DNA of 64,000 nt from Pseudobdellovibrionaceae bacterium (GCA_020635235.1 JACKAF010000003.1:268051-332050), one strand, 5' to 3'. Positions 53,650 through 62,395 are shown, counted from the first letter of the stretch. Numbers and translations: made by a program. Notes: generated from the sequence alone by a model not told the origin.

Positions 53650-54699
53650 CTAATTTTGCAGTTCTACTTGTACCAGCTTGCGTTGAGACTCTCCCTGGAG
53701 AAGGGGCGAAATGAAGAGCAACTGGTGGTTGCTCGTCAGCCGCGCATCCCGTGGTGTAAACTCCGAGATGTTCCAGTTTTCGACTAGGCGCGCCACATTG
53801 CCTTGTTCCAGGTAAGCAATTTCCAGCCCTTTTCCGCGAGTCCAAGTTGCGACCGTTGGGTTCTGGTAGTCGAGGATCATGGGCTGCTGACCCGACAGTT
53901 TGTGCGGGGTGCAACGGTTTCCGCGTACCCAAAGGAAATTAGAATTCTGGTTGTCGGTCTTGATGGCGTACGAGGCGTCCTGATTGAAGTTGTAGATTTC
54001 CTGAATCCGTCCCGGATACCCGGTGCCGTTGGGGCTTTCCTGCGTGTAGGCACAGTTGCGCGTGACATCCACCAGGTACGTGTCCAGATGCTGGCGGTTT
54101 AGCCAATCATAGTGAACGCTGTATAGACGAAAGTGGGGGAAGTGAAAGCCTTCCGCCAACTTGGTTTCCGGTCGAATGGGCATCGAGCAAACTTTGATGG
54201 CCTCACGATCGCCGTAGTGGTATCGAAACACCTCGATCGTGTGTTTTCCTGTGGCCGCCATGTTTCGATTCAAGGTGTAGAGATCATTTCCGCTCCAAAA
54301 AAGATGGCGCAAAGGCTGTTCGGCACCATTGAACTCTTGCCACGTATCCGTATGCGTATCGAAAATCAGGTTGCGTCCCTCGGTGACAACATAACGGTTT
54401 TGGGTTTCGGTGATGTCTGACATCCTGCGATCCATCGGGGTCAGTCCCGTGTAAAGCCCAGAATAGAGAGAGTACTCTCGGAGTTGATTGTCATACGTCC
54501 GAAACACTACCTTTCCTGTTTCTTCCCAAAGATTGAAGTCCTGAGCGCCCAGTCGAGTTTCCAAGTGATTGAATTTGGGCCAAAGTTGGATGGGGCTAAA
54601 AGGAGTGGGACCGCCCATGCAGTTAATGGCCCACGCTTCTATTGAGCTTAGGGCCATCACTAAAAATATGAGTGCTGTGCCAAGTTGCGCGTTTTTCAT
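53650..54699 (-). CDS. secreted hypothetical protein
   Basis: It has a signal peptide (MKNAQLGTALIFLVMALSSIEAWA). AGGGGGA lies upstream of the ATG. There is an ATGA overlap with the upstream regulator gene. I recognise no family. Confidence 0.65.
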   Translation of the reverse strand: MKNAQLGTALIFLVMALSSIEAWAINCMGGPTPFSPIQLWPKFNHLETRLGAQDFNLWEETGKVVFRTYDNQLREYSLYSGLYTGLTPMDRRMSDITETQNRYVVTEGRNLIFDTHTDTWQEFNGAEQPLRHLFWSGNDLYTLNRNMAATGKHTIEVFRYHYGDREAIKVCSMPIRPETKLAEGFHFPHFRLYSVHYDWLNRQHLDTYLVDVTRNCAYTQESPNGTGYPGRIQEIYNFNQDASYAIKTDNQNSNFLWVRGNRCTPHKLSGQQPMILDYQNPTVATWTRGKGLEIAYLEQGNVARLVENWNISEFTPRDARLTSNHQLLFISPLLQGESQRKLVQVELQN

Positions 54700-55766
54700 G
54701 CGATCCCCCTGATCCTTTTTACGGTGGGCACCAGCCGGTACCCGTTGTTTTCGCTACAGATGACGTTTTTTGGTAATCCCAAACTCTTAAACTGTTTTCG
54801 CAATGAATGTATCTGCGAGTAAATTAGTCTGTCGTCGACTTTAGGTACGTACTCGCGGTCGCAAAGTGTGTTGACGATAACATCTTTTTCCAGGAAACGG
54901 TGCTTGAGAAAGAGCATGAATAGCTTTTCCTTCGGGTTGCTCCGCTTCAGATGGACGCTCTTTCCAAGATACTTCACAATGTACCCGGCTCGCGAATCGT
55001 CGGAATAGTACTCAATGTGTCCGATGGAAGTCCGTTCAGCGAGCGCCGCTTTCAGCTCGTCCAGAATAATATTTACAGTTTTGGATCGCTTGCTCTCCAC
55101 GCGAAGTTTAACTTCTTCGATAATCTGAGAGGCCTCTACATAGTTTTTTCGATCAAGTTGAACCCAGGCCTGTATGAAACGTACGTACACATATTCGTAC
55201 CAATTCGCCTCAAAAGTTACCCTTTCTCTTAATTCGTTGAGGATGGCATCCGAAGCATCCAGATTCCCCTCGTAGCGAAGAATGTTGGCACGCCATATAT
55301 CCAATAGAGTTTTTGTCATTGCATCTGGCTGAGGCGGGATCGAGTCCAAGAGGAGTCGGCAGGCGATGTAATCCTTTTTTATTTCGTAGTACCGCATAAG
55401 GCACATTTTTGCCTTAACGTGATAGCCTTGGCCGTTAGGGTTGCGGATAGTTTCTTCAAATTTTTCTTTGGCCTGATTGAAGTCGCCCTTGGAGAGGAAG
55501 ACCATTCCCAGCTGGTAGGTGACCTCCGGGGTATTGAGCTGCGAGTAGTGTTTCTCTAGTTCCGCGATGTAAAAGTCCAGCTCGTGGGTTTTTCCCATTT
55601 CCAAAAGGACGCGGGTGAAAAAACCAATATACTTCGCGTGGCCTGGCTCTAGCTTGAAAGGGATTCGGTCAAAATAGCGTCGGAGAATATTGTAGGCTTC
55701 CACCAGCCTACAGGAATAGAAGTACTCTTCTGCCTGTTTTAGGCGCTTTTCGGTAACGGCATCCAT
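54696..55766 (-). CDS. TPR-repeat protein with C-terminal OmpR/PhoB-type winged-helix DNA-binding domain
   Basis: The N-terminal ~250 aa consist of helical TPR-like repeats. The C-terminal KEKLFMLFLKHRFLEKDVIVNTLCDREY...RLIYSQIHSLRKQFKSLGLPKNVICSENNGYRLV matches the trans_reg_C pattern (...hI..LRkK....i.t..g.GY.l). Confidence 0.7.
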   Translation of the reverse strand: MDAVTEKRLKQAEEYFYSCRLVEAYNILRRYFDRIPFKLEPGHAKYIGFFTRVLLEMGKTHELDFYIAELEKHYSQLNTPEVTYQLGMVFLSKGDFNQAKEKFEETIRNPNGQGYHVKAKMCLMRYYEIKKDYIACRLLLDSIPPQPDAMTKTLLDIWRANILRYEGNLDASDAILNELRERVTFEANWYEYVYVRFIQAWVQLDRKNYVEASQIIEEVKLRVESKRSKTVNIILDELKAALAERTSIGHIEYYSDDSRAGYIVKYLGKSVHLKRSNPKEKLFMLFLKHRFLEKDVIVNTLCDREYVPKVDDRLIYSQIHSLRKQFKSLGLPKNVICSENNGYRLVPTVKRIRGIA

Positions 55767-55809
55767 GTAGTGTAGGTTGGTCTAGGCTTGATATTAGTTT
55801 TTAACTTAA

Positions 55810-55823
55810 CACAGTAAACTGTG
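55810..55823. promoter_or_regulatory. palindrome CACAGT-aa-ACTGTG in the divergent control region
   Basis: Read directly from the sequence. It shares the CTGTG core with the tandem repeat at 55895-55908. Confidence 0.35.
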
Positions 55824-55894
55824 CGTAAGAGAGGGAATTGTAGGCCAAAGCCTTGCCAGGCCTGCATTCTAGGAACACTTGTTAACATTTTACG

Positions 55895-55908
55895 CTGTGG
55901 ACTGTGGC
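55895..55908 (+). promoter_or_regulatory. tandem direct repeat CTGTGGA-CTGTGGC
   Basis: Read directly from the sequence, about 120 nt upstream of the M14 gene ATG. Confidence 0.35.
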
Positions 55909-55933
55909 GGGTTCGTAAATATCTGATAAAGTT

Positions 55934-55958
55934 ACTCTATTAAAAATAGAGTCTTTTT
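55934..55958 (+). terminator. terminator-like A/U-rich hairpin in the M14 gene leader
   Basis: It has the stem ACTCTATT-aaa-AATAGAGT (8 bp) followed by CTTTTTCGTTT, about 70 nt upstream of the ATG at 56030. The stem is weak because it has only two G-C pairs. Confidence 0.35.
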
Positions 55959-56029
55959 CGTTTCACCAACATTCAAACAATGCGGCACGTAGATTCGGTG
56001 TTGTACGTACCTCAACAATAGGGGGCCTT

Positions 56030-57256
56030 ATGGCTTGGGTTCGTATACTGTTTTCCGTTTGCTTAGTCCTTTCTTCTCTTGCGATGGCTCGGGAAGAGAA
56101 TTCAAAGCTCTACTTGGTAAGTGTTAAAGCTGATACAGCGCAACAGCGCAGTCAAATTGCTGATACGGGAGTCGCGTTAGATGGGTTTTTCACAGACTCG
56201 GTGACCTTTATCGGAACAGATGCGGACATCCAGCGTGTGGCGCAGCTCGGCTTTAAGCTTGAGCGCACTGATCTTCCAGAGCGCATGGTGGATGATTTCC
56301 CGAGCTCCGACAGTTCTTTCCACAACTATGCGGAAACCAATGCCGCCCTGGATGAGCTCGTAACCCAGCACCCCGATATCGTATCCAAACATGTGATTGG
56401 CAAAAGCGTCGAGGGACGGGACATCACGGGGGTTCGGATTTCCTCGTCTGCGGCGATGGACTCCTTGCCTACGGCCGTCTTTATCGGCTGCCACCACGCA
56501 CGGGAACATTTGAGCGTCGAGGTCCCTCTGATGCTTGCCCAATATCTGGCCAACCAGTACGCCAGCAACCCTCGGGTAAAAGAGATGGTAGATACCCGCG
56601 AAATTTGGGTAGTGCCCATGCTCAATCCCGATGGTGCCGAGTACGACATCAGCACTGGAAGCTATAAGTGGTGGAGAAAGAATCGGCGGGAAAATAGCGG
56701 AAGCAGCTATGGCGTCGATCTTAACCGCAACTACGGGAAGGGATTTGGTGGCCCGGGTTCCAGCTCAAGCCCGAGTTCGGATACCTACCACGGACCAAGT
56801 GCCTTTTCGGAGCCGGAGACTGCAGCTGTTCGCGACTTTGTAAGGGCGCGTAACAAGACTACCGTTCTTCTTTCCTTTCATACGTTCAGCGAGTTGGTCC
56901 TATGGCCATGGGGACACACAGAAGATGTGATCTCGGATGCCAAAGATCGATCCGTTTTCGAAACCATGGGAAAGAAAATGGCGACTTGGAATCGGTACAC
57001 CCCTCAAAAGTCGAGTGATCTTTACGTGGCGTCCGGAGATACAACGGACTGGGCGTACGATGAACTCAAGATCTTCGCTTTCACTTTTGAGTTGTCCCCG
57101 AGCTCACTCTTTGGAGGCGGCTTCTATCCCGGTGCGTCGGCCATTCAGCCCACGTTTGCCGAGAATCTAGAGCCCACTCTGTATTTGATTGAAAATGCGG
57201 CGGATCCTTACGGCGTTTTGAACGACGAAGTAACCGATCCGTTGGGAATTCTGTAG
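56030..57256 (+). CDS. M14 family zinc carboxypeptidase, secreted
   Basis: It has a signal peptide. Zinc ligands are HHAREH (HxxE) and the downstream SFHTFSE histidine. NRNY is present. The RBS is AGGGGG. Confidence 0.9.
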   Translation: MAWVRILFSVCLVLSSLAMAREENSKLYLVSVKADTAQQRSQIADTGVALDGFFTDSVTFIGTDADIQRVAQLGFKLERTDLPERMVDDFPSSDSSFHNYAETNAALDELVTQHPDIVSKHVIGKSVEGRDITGVRISSSAAMDSLPTAVFIGCHHAREHLSVEVPLMLAQYLANQYASNPRVKEMVDTREIWVVPMLNPDGAEYDISTGSYKWWRKNRRENSGSSYGVDLNRNYGKGFGGPGSSSSPSSDTYHGPSAFSEPETAAVRDFVRARNKTTVLLSFHTFSELVLWPWGHTEDVISDAKDRSVFETMGKKMATWNRYTPQKSSDLYVASGDTTDWAYDELKIFAFTFELSPSSLFGGGFYPGASAIQPTFAENLEPTLYLIENAADPYGVLNDEVTDPLGIL

Positions 57257-57266
57257 CCTAGGAATG

Positions 57267-57296
57267 CCAGGCGTACGCGCTCGCGCGTACGCCTGG
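57267..57296. terminator. GC-rich perfect hairpin between convergent genes
   Basis: It reads ccaggcgtacgcg-ctcg-cgcgtacgcctgg, a 13-bp perfect stem with a 4-nt loop. There is no clear U-tract on either side. Confidence 0.65.
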
Positions 57297-57305
57297 AACT
57301 CCCCT

Positions 57306-57725
57306 CTATAAGTCCAAAAGATTCAGCCCCGTCTCCTCGTCTGGTTTCCTATCAATCCTGTTAGCGTGCACTTCGATATGCACTTCAACGGTTACCGAAC
57401 ATTCTGTGTCAAATAAGTGTCCAGCTAATGCCTGAAATTCTCTGGTTCCAAGGGTTGCGTGCACATGGATCACCGGAGCATTGTCATAGTAGCTAATATT
57501 CCCGACCAGACTCACTAGCTCGCAGTCTTCGGGAATGCTCTTCTCTACGTAGGATCGAGTTTCCAAATCGTAAAATCCCAGCCGGCTATTGCAAACGGCA
57601 CCCAATCCAGTGAGCGTTCCGCTCTGTATTTCGTTGGTTTGAATAAAATGCCGAAGCGTTTCCATAAAGGTCTCGCCCCTTGCAAGCCTTACAATGTACC
57701 CACGCTCTGTTTGTCTGTGTACCAT
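57306..57725 (-). CDS. PPC (DUF296) domain protein
   Basis: GYIVRLARGETFMETLRHFIQTNEIQSGTLTGLGAV and HVHATLG are typical of PPC/DUF296 proteins. Confidence 0.7.
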   Translation of the reverse strand: MVHRQTERGYIVRLARGETFMETLRHFIQTNEIQSGTLTGLGAVCNSRLGFYDLETRSYVEKSIPEDCELVSLVGNISYYDNAPVIHVHATLGTREFQALAGHLFDTECSVTVEVHIEVHANRIDRKPDEETGLNLLDL

Positions 57726-58490
57726 CTAGAAAGTATCCTTTCTCTTTCGTATTTCTGCAAAAACTTGTGCGTCTGTATTGTCTAACATCTGCAACTGTTT
57801 CCTAATATCTGGATTGTTGGCCCGCAAAAATGGATTGCAGTCCCATTCGCTCTGAAGAGTGGAGGGAACCGTCGGTAAACTATCGTGCCGCAGGCGTCTG
57901 ACTTCCTCACTACGTGCTCTGAGCTTTTGGTTGTCAGGATCAATTACCCGGGCAAAAGTGGCGTTATCCGCAGTGTATTCGTGTCCGCAATAGAGGCGTG
58001 TCGTGCCCGGCAAGTTCCTGAGCGCGTTGAGAGTCCCCCACATTTCCTCTGCGTTGCCCTCAAAAAGTCGGCCGCAGCCCAGCGAGAAAAGAGTGTCTCC
58101 GCTAAAAAGTGCCTCGGCCTCGGGAAACCAATAAAGGATGTGCCCGAGCGTGTGTCCAACTGCCCCCAGAATTTTTGCGACCGAATCCCCCAGCCTGAAT
58201 TCCTGCCCGACCTCCACGGCGAAATCGAGACCCGGAATGCGCTTGGCATCCCCCGCAAAGCCCACAACGCGGCATCCGTAGCGGGATTTTAGCTCCATGT
58301 TGCCGCCGACGTGATCGTAATGGTGGTGGGTGTTGAGGACAAAATTCAGATCCCATCCCAGGGTTTCCAGAACCTCGATGACTCCTTCCGCGACCGACGG
58401 ATCGACAACCGCTGTCTGCTGCGATTTCTGGTCGCGGAGCAGGTAAGCGTAGTTGTCTTCCAGGAGTGGAATAGTGCGGATATCCAACAT
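57726..58490 (-). CDS. gloB: hydroxyacylglutathione hydrolase (glyoxalase II)
   Basis: It has NTHHHYDHVGGN (the metallo-beta-lactamase HxHxDH motif), CGHEYT and a GloB-type C-terminus. Confidence 0.9.
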   Translation of the reverse strand: MLDIRTIPLLEDNYAYLLRDQKSQQTAVVDPSVAEGVIEVLETLGWDLNFVLNTHHHYDHVGGNMELKSRYGCRVVGFAGDAKRIPGLDFAVEVGQEFRLGDSVAKILGAVGHTLGHILYWFPEAEALFSGDTLFSLGCGRLFEGNAEEMWGTLNALRNLPGTTRLYCGHEYTADNATFARVIDPDNQKLRARSEEVRRLRHDSLPTVPSTLQSEWDCNPFLRANNPDIRKQLQMLDNTDAQVFAEIRKRKDTF

Positions 58491-58524
58491 GGGCCATTCA
58501 TATCCGGACCCGAGGCCAATTACA

Positions 58525-59289
58525 ATGCTCTTTAGAAGTGCTACACTGAGTACTGGGGGTCAATTGATACGTTCGGTCACAGTGGTGATGCCTGCCTTGA
58601 ATGAGGAGCGCAATCTGGAAGCGGCGGTGCGAAATGCCGTCAATTTATTGACGCCCTACACGTCAGACTGGGAGATCTTGATCTTCAATGATGGAAGTAG
58701 CGACGCTACCGGTGAAATAGCCGATCGGCTGGCGGCAACCATGCCGAAGGTGTTTGCTATTCACCACGCGACGTCCAAGAACTTGGGCGGCGTCTATCGG
58801 GCCGGTATCCAGCGGGCGCAAAAGGAATTCTTGATCATGCTTCCCGGCGACAATGAGAATGGGAGCGAAACCGCACGTCGAATTCTGGATCGGGCGGGCG
58901 AGGCCGATATCATTGTCCCTTACGTGGTGAATACCGAAGTGCGCCCATGGGCACGTCGTTACCTCTCTTCTGCGTTTGTGGCGCTCATCAACCTACTTTC
59001 CGGCTGCCGACTTCGCTACTATAACGGAACGGTGTTGCACAAAACGGAGCGGCTCCGTTCTCTAAACTTCGAGACGAACGGCTTTGGGTACCAAGCCGAG
59101 ATTTTGGTGGCACTCATCCGGAGCGGTTGCTCGTATCTGGAGGTCGGCGTGGAACTCGCGCAGCGGGAAAAATCCAGGTCGAGCGCTCTGCGACTTAGGA
59201 ACTTTTTGCAAGTCGCCAAATTTTTGACGCTTTTGTTTTTTCAACGCTGGCGTTTTCCTCAGAAACCCGCAGTGGTTAACTTTCGTTAA
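58525..59289 (+). CDS. glycosyltransferase family 2 protein
   Basis: It has VVMPALNEERNLE and FNDGSSDAT (GT-A DxD region). The start is taken as ATG 58525 because earlier starts collide with the gloB start. Confidence 0.8.
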   Translation: MLFRSATLSTGGQLIRSVTVVMPALNEERNLEAAVRNAVNLLTPYTSDWEILIFNDGSSDATGEIADRLAATMPKVFAIHHATSKNLGGVYRAGIQRAQKEFLIMLPGDNENGSETARRILDRAGEADIIVPYVVNTEVRPWARRYLSSAFVALINLLSGCRLRYYNGTVLHKTERLRSLNFETNGFGYQAEILVALIRSGCSYLEVGVELAQREKSRSSALRLRNFLQVAKFLTLLFFQRWRFPQKPAVVNFR

Positions 59290-59386
59290 GGGCCGCGCAG
59301 AATTCCTTCGTAGTCAACCGACCCCAGGCTTTACACTGAATTAATAAACAGACTTCATCCCCAAAAACAAAAACCAGGAGATTCAA

Positions 59387-60172
59387 ATGTTGAGGCGTAT
59401 CCAACCCGCTTTGAGTGGGAAGTTGGTGTGCTGTATGCTGGCCTTGCTCCAGAGCGCGGTGTTGTTGGCAGCTCCGTACTACCTTGATGGTGAGCGGAAC
59501 GCCGATAGAACGATCTGTGGCTCTGATGACAACCTAGTTATGGTCGAGCAAAATGAAGAGCTGAAAAAAATGGGTTTGCCGGTGGGAAGTTTGCGCGCCT
59601 TTGATCGGGATTCAGGAAGGTATTTCATCTGCACCGGCACGTTGGTCGGCCCCGATCTTTTCCTGACTGCTCGTCACTGTAAGGAAGCTTGTGAAGATCT
59701 GAGTGTCACTTTTGGTTATCTCAGCCCTGAAAAAAGAGAAGAGACTTTCAAGTGCTCAGAGATCCTGGAAGCTGGAGATTTCGAATCGAATCACGACTAC
59801 CTAGTGATGCGTCTTGAGGGTAAGCCCGGTGTGGAGTGGGGTTGGTACCCACTCTCCGATCGCGAGATTGTCCCGGAGACTCAGTTGATGATGATTCACC
59901 ACCCGCGTGGCGTTCCAATGAGAGTGTCTTTAGAGGGGTGTAAGTTCAAAGCCGAAGAGGACGGACTGCTGCGCCACCGGTGTGATACGGAGCCAGGAAG
60001 CTCCGGTACAGGGATTTTGCTTCCGGACTTCGAAAACCCTGACAATACTCGGGTAGTTGGAGTCCACGCCTTTGGTGGATGCACCTCGGCGGAAACGTCG
60101 ACGAACAGTGGCCCCTCTATTCACTACTTGGCGACACAGAGCGAGCTTATTCGATCGCTTGTGAAGGACTAG
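59387..60172 (+). CDS. secreted trypsin-like (S1, V8/Glu-endopeptidase-like) serine protease
   Basis: It has a signal peptide. The catalytic residues are His in LTARHC, Asp in HDYLVMRL and Ser in TEPGSSGTGIL. The RBS is AGGAG. Confidence 0.8.
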   Translation: MLRRIQPALSGKLVCCMLALLQSAVLLAAPYYLDGERNADRTICGSDDNLVMVEQNEELKKMGLPVGSLRAFDRDSGRYFICTGTLVGPDLFLTARHCKEACEDLSVTFGYLSPEKREETFKCSEILEAGDFESNHDYLVMRLEGKPGVEWGWYPLSDREIVPETQLMMIHHPRGVPMRVSLEGCKFKAEEDGLLRHRCDTEPGSSGTGILLPDFENPDNTRVVGVHAFGGCTSAETSTNSGPSIHYLATQSELIRSLVKD

Positions 60173-60435
60173 ATATCATTTAGCGAATCAGGCGAAAATT
60201 CTGAAGGGCGAGTGGACCGCGGTACTGGGGTTTGCTCGCCCTTTCGCGTTCCATTCAATTGCTGCAGAAGTTCTACCGATTGGTTCCAGCCATCTAGCTG
60301 ATTGTCGGTATCGGTTTCTTCCTGGACATAAGGCCGTCCAGCGCGGGCTTGTTCCGCGTGTGGATTTCCCGCCAAACTGATTGAGCACAACAGCTGTGAC
60401 AGGCTCAGTACGATTATAAAACTTTTCAGTCCCAC
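60169..60435 (-). CDS. small secreted hypothetical protein
   Basis: The GTG start is preceded by AGGGGA. It has a signal peptide (LKSFIIVLSLSQLLCSISLAG). It is convergent with the S1 protease gene, with 4-nt overlapping ends. Confidence 0.55.
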   Translation of the reverse strand: MGLKSFIIVLSLSQLLCSISLAGNPHAEQARAGRPYVQEETDTDNQLDGWNQSVELLQQLNGTRKGEQTPVPRSTRPSEFSPDSLNDI

Positions 60436-60664
60436 CTTGTTTCCCCTACTTACGTTACTTCACTGCGCGTTTCCCGTTCTTAAATGCAAGCAAGATGCCA
60501 CGCCGCGTATTCCAGTAGTTCCGCTATGGAACTTCCTGAATACAATGGGGCGCTTTTTGGGCACCTTCGACTAGGCAGTTTACAGTTTGAAGCGTTGCCT
60601 CAAGGTCGCGCTATAAGTATTTGATATTAAACAATAAAAATACACTCCCGTCTCGGCAGAGTTT

Positions 60665-60697
60665 TCGCCCTTCTGTCTACGGAACGGGCGATTTTTT
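60665..60697 (+). terminator. intrinsic-terminator-like hairpin 24 nt upstream of the histidine kinase start codon
   Basis: The stem pairs tcgcccttc with gaa(c)gggcga (9 pairs, one bulge) around an 8-nt loop. It is followed by TTTTTT (60692-60697). Confidence 0.5.
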
Positions 60698-60721
60698 GCC
60701 GATAAGTTGTACTGAGATCCC

Positions 60722-62365
60722 ATGAAAGCCACTAAAGAAATCGTTTGGATAACAGAAGCTTCGACGACGCAAGATCCGCTGGTTCAGGCCTTGCGCTACA
60801 GTGGCTATAACGTTCGATGCGTTGCCCCGCCAGATGAGTTCAAGTACGCCAAGTATATTGGATACTCCGTTAGGCTCCTCAAGTCCCCCAAACTGTCGGA
60901 TCTCGGGCATTGGATTGAGGAGAATTTCCCGGCCGATACGGCGGCGTTGATAGTCGAGGGTGGGAATCTATCTCGATTGGATCTTCTGGCAACTTCGCTA
61001 CGCAAACACCCATCCCTGCAATGGCGCTTCCTCCCCGTTTTTTGGGTATACGAAACCTTCGATGTGCAGCTGGTCGATCGCGTAGTCGGCATTGGCATCA
61101 ACGAGATTTTTTGTCGGAACGCGGGGCCATCTGAACTCGTCGCACGGCTCAAGCTACGCACGCAACACGCGGCCGAAATGCGGCGCCTGCAAAAAGAAAT
61201 AGATTCGCACCAGAAACAGGATGCGGCCAGTGAAACAGCCTTGCAGCAACGGGAAGAGTTTCTTGGGGTCTGTGCCCACGATCTGCGCTCTCCAATTGGA
61301 GTGATTCAGTCAGGATTATCTTCTATTCTTGAGGGAGCTCATAGTAAGAACCTCTCGCCCTTTGTAGCGGAGGTCCTCTCCAGAAGCTACCGTCAGGCCG
61401 GTCATGCATTGCGTTTAGTAAATGATTTGCTGGATGTGATGTCGTACGAGCAGGGCCTGAAGCCCAAATATGGCTTATTCAACCTCCACGATTTTCTAAA
61501 AGAGTTTTATGAAGACTACAGCTCTCAGGCCGAGGAACGGGGCATCCAGTTCGAGTACGAGAACCCGATACCGGAATGGCGTGTCCTTGCGGATTCGGAT
61601 AGGGTACGACAGCTGTTGCAGAATCTTCTCGCCAACGCATTGAAATTCACCGACGCAGGAAAAACGATTCATCTTTCCGTTACTCCGTTCAGGGGACGTA
61701 GAAGAACCGATCCGCCCTATGAGATGGTTGTCCTCAGTTTGCGCGATCAGGGAAAAGGCATTCCCCCCAAGGAAATAGAAAAGATTTTTGATCGCTTTAG
61801 CCAGATCAAGGACTATTCCCGGGCTGGTGGTCGCGGGCTGGGGCTTACCGTCGCTAAACAGATTTCCAATCTTCATGCGGGCAATCTATGGGTTGAGAGC
61901 CGGGAGGGCGAAGGCTCTATTTTTCACGTCTTGCTTCCGCACGTCATCGGCTCCAAGTTAGCTCAGCGTACGCACTCCCACCCTTCAATCCTTGTGGTTG
62001 AACCGGTCGAAGAGAAGAGAAAACCGTATTTTTCGGAACTGAGCAAAAAGGGTTTCGATGTGCACTTTGTTAAGGATGGCGTCGAAGCTGTTGCGATGAG
62101 CTTTTATCTACGCCCGGATTTCGCGATCCTGCGCCACGACACCCATAAGATGGGGGAAGAGGAAGTTGCCGAGATACTTCAATCCAACGAAATCACCCGC
62201 GGGATCGCTCTGTATGTTGGACTGGAGGCCGGGGAATCGCGCGACAAATCTCCGGTGCGCGACGAATGGGTGAAGGGATTCATCAGCTTACCGCTCAACC
62301 AAGATTTTCTTACGGAAATCGCGGGCACCACACCTAAAAAACGAAAAAAGAAAAAGGCCGCGTAG
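60722..62365 (+). CDS. histidine kinase flanked by two degenerate receiver-like domains
   Basis: It has the H-box CAHDLRSPIG, the N-box LLQNLLANALKFT, G1 DQGKGI and G2 GGRGLGLTV. The N- and C-terminal (beta-alpha)5-like domains have IVWITE and ILVVEP in place of the DD pocket. Confidence 0.85.
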   Translation: MKATKEIVWITEASTTQDPLVQALRYSGYNVRCVAPPDEFKYAKYIGYSVRLLKSPKLSDLGHWIEENFPADTAALIVEGGNLSRLDLLATSLRKHPSLQWRFLPVFWVYETFDVQLVDRVVGIGINEIFCRNAGPSELVARLKLRTQHAAEMRRLQKEIDSHQKQDAASETALQQREEFLGVCAHDLRSPIGVIQSGLSSILEGAHSKNLSPFVAEVLSRSYRQAGHALRLVNDLLDVMSYEQGLKPKYGLFNLHDFLKEFYEDYSSQAEERGIQFEYENPIPEWRVLADSDRVRQLLQNLLANALKFTDAGKTIHLSVTPFRGRRRTDPPYEMVVLSLRDQGKGIPPKEIEKIFDRFSQIKDYSRAGGRGLGLTVAKQISNLHAGNLWVESREGEGSIFHVLLPHVIGSKLAQRTHSHPSILVVEPVEEKRKPYFSELSKKGFDVHFVKDGVEAVAMSFYLRPDFAILRHDTHKMGEEEVAEILQSNEITRGIALYVGLEAGESRDKSPVRDEWVKGFISLPLNQDFLTEIAGTTPKKRKKKKAA

Positions 62366-62395
62366 CGCCACGAAAGCGCGTGCTATAGTAGTCCC

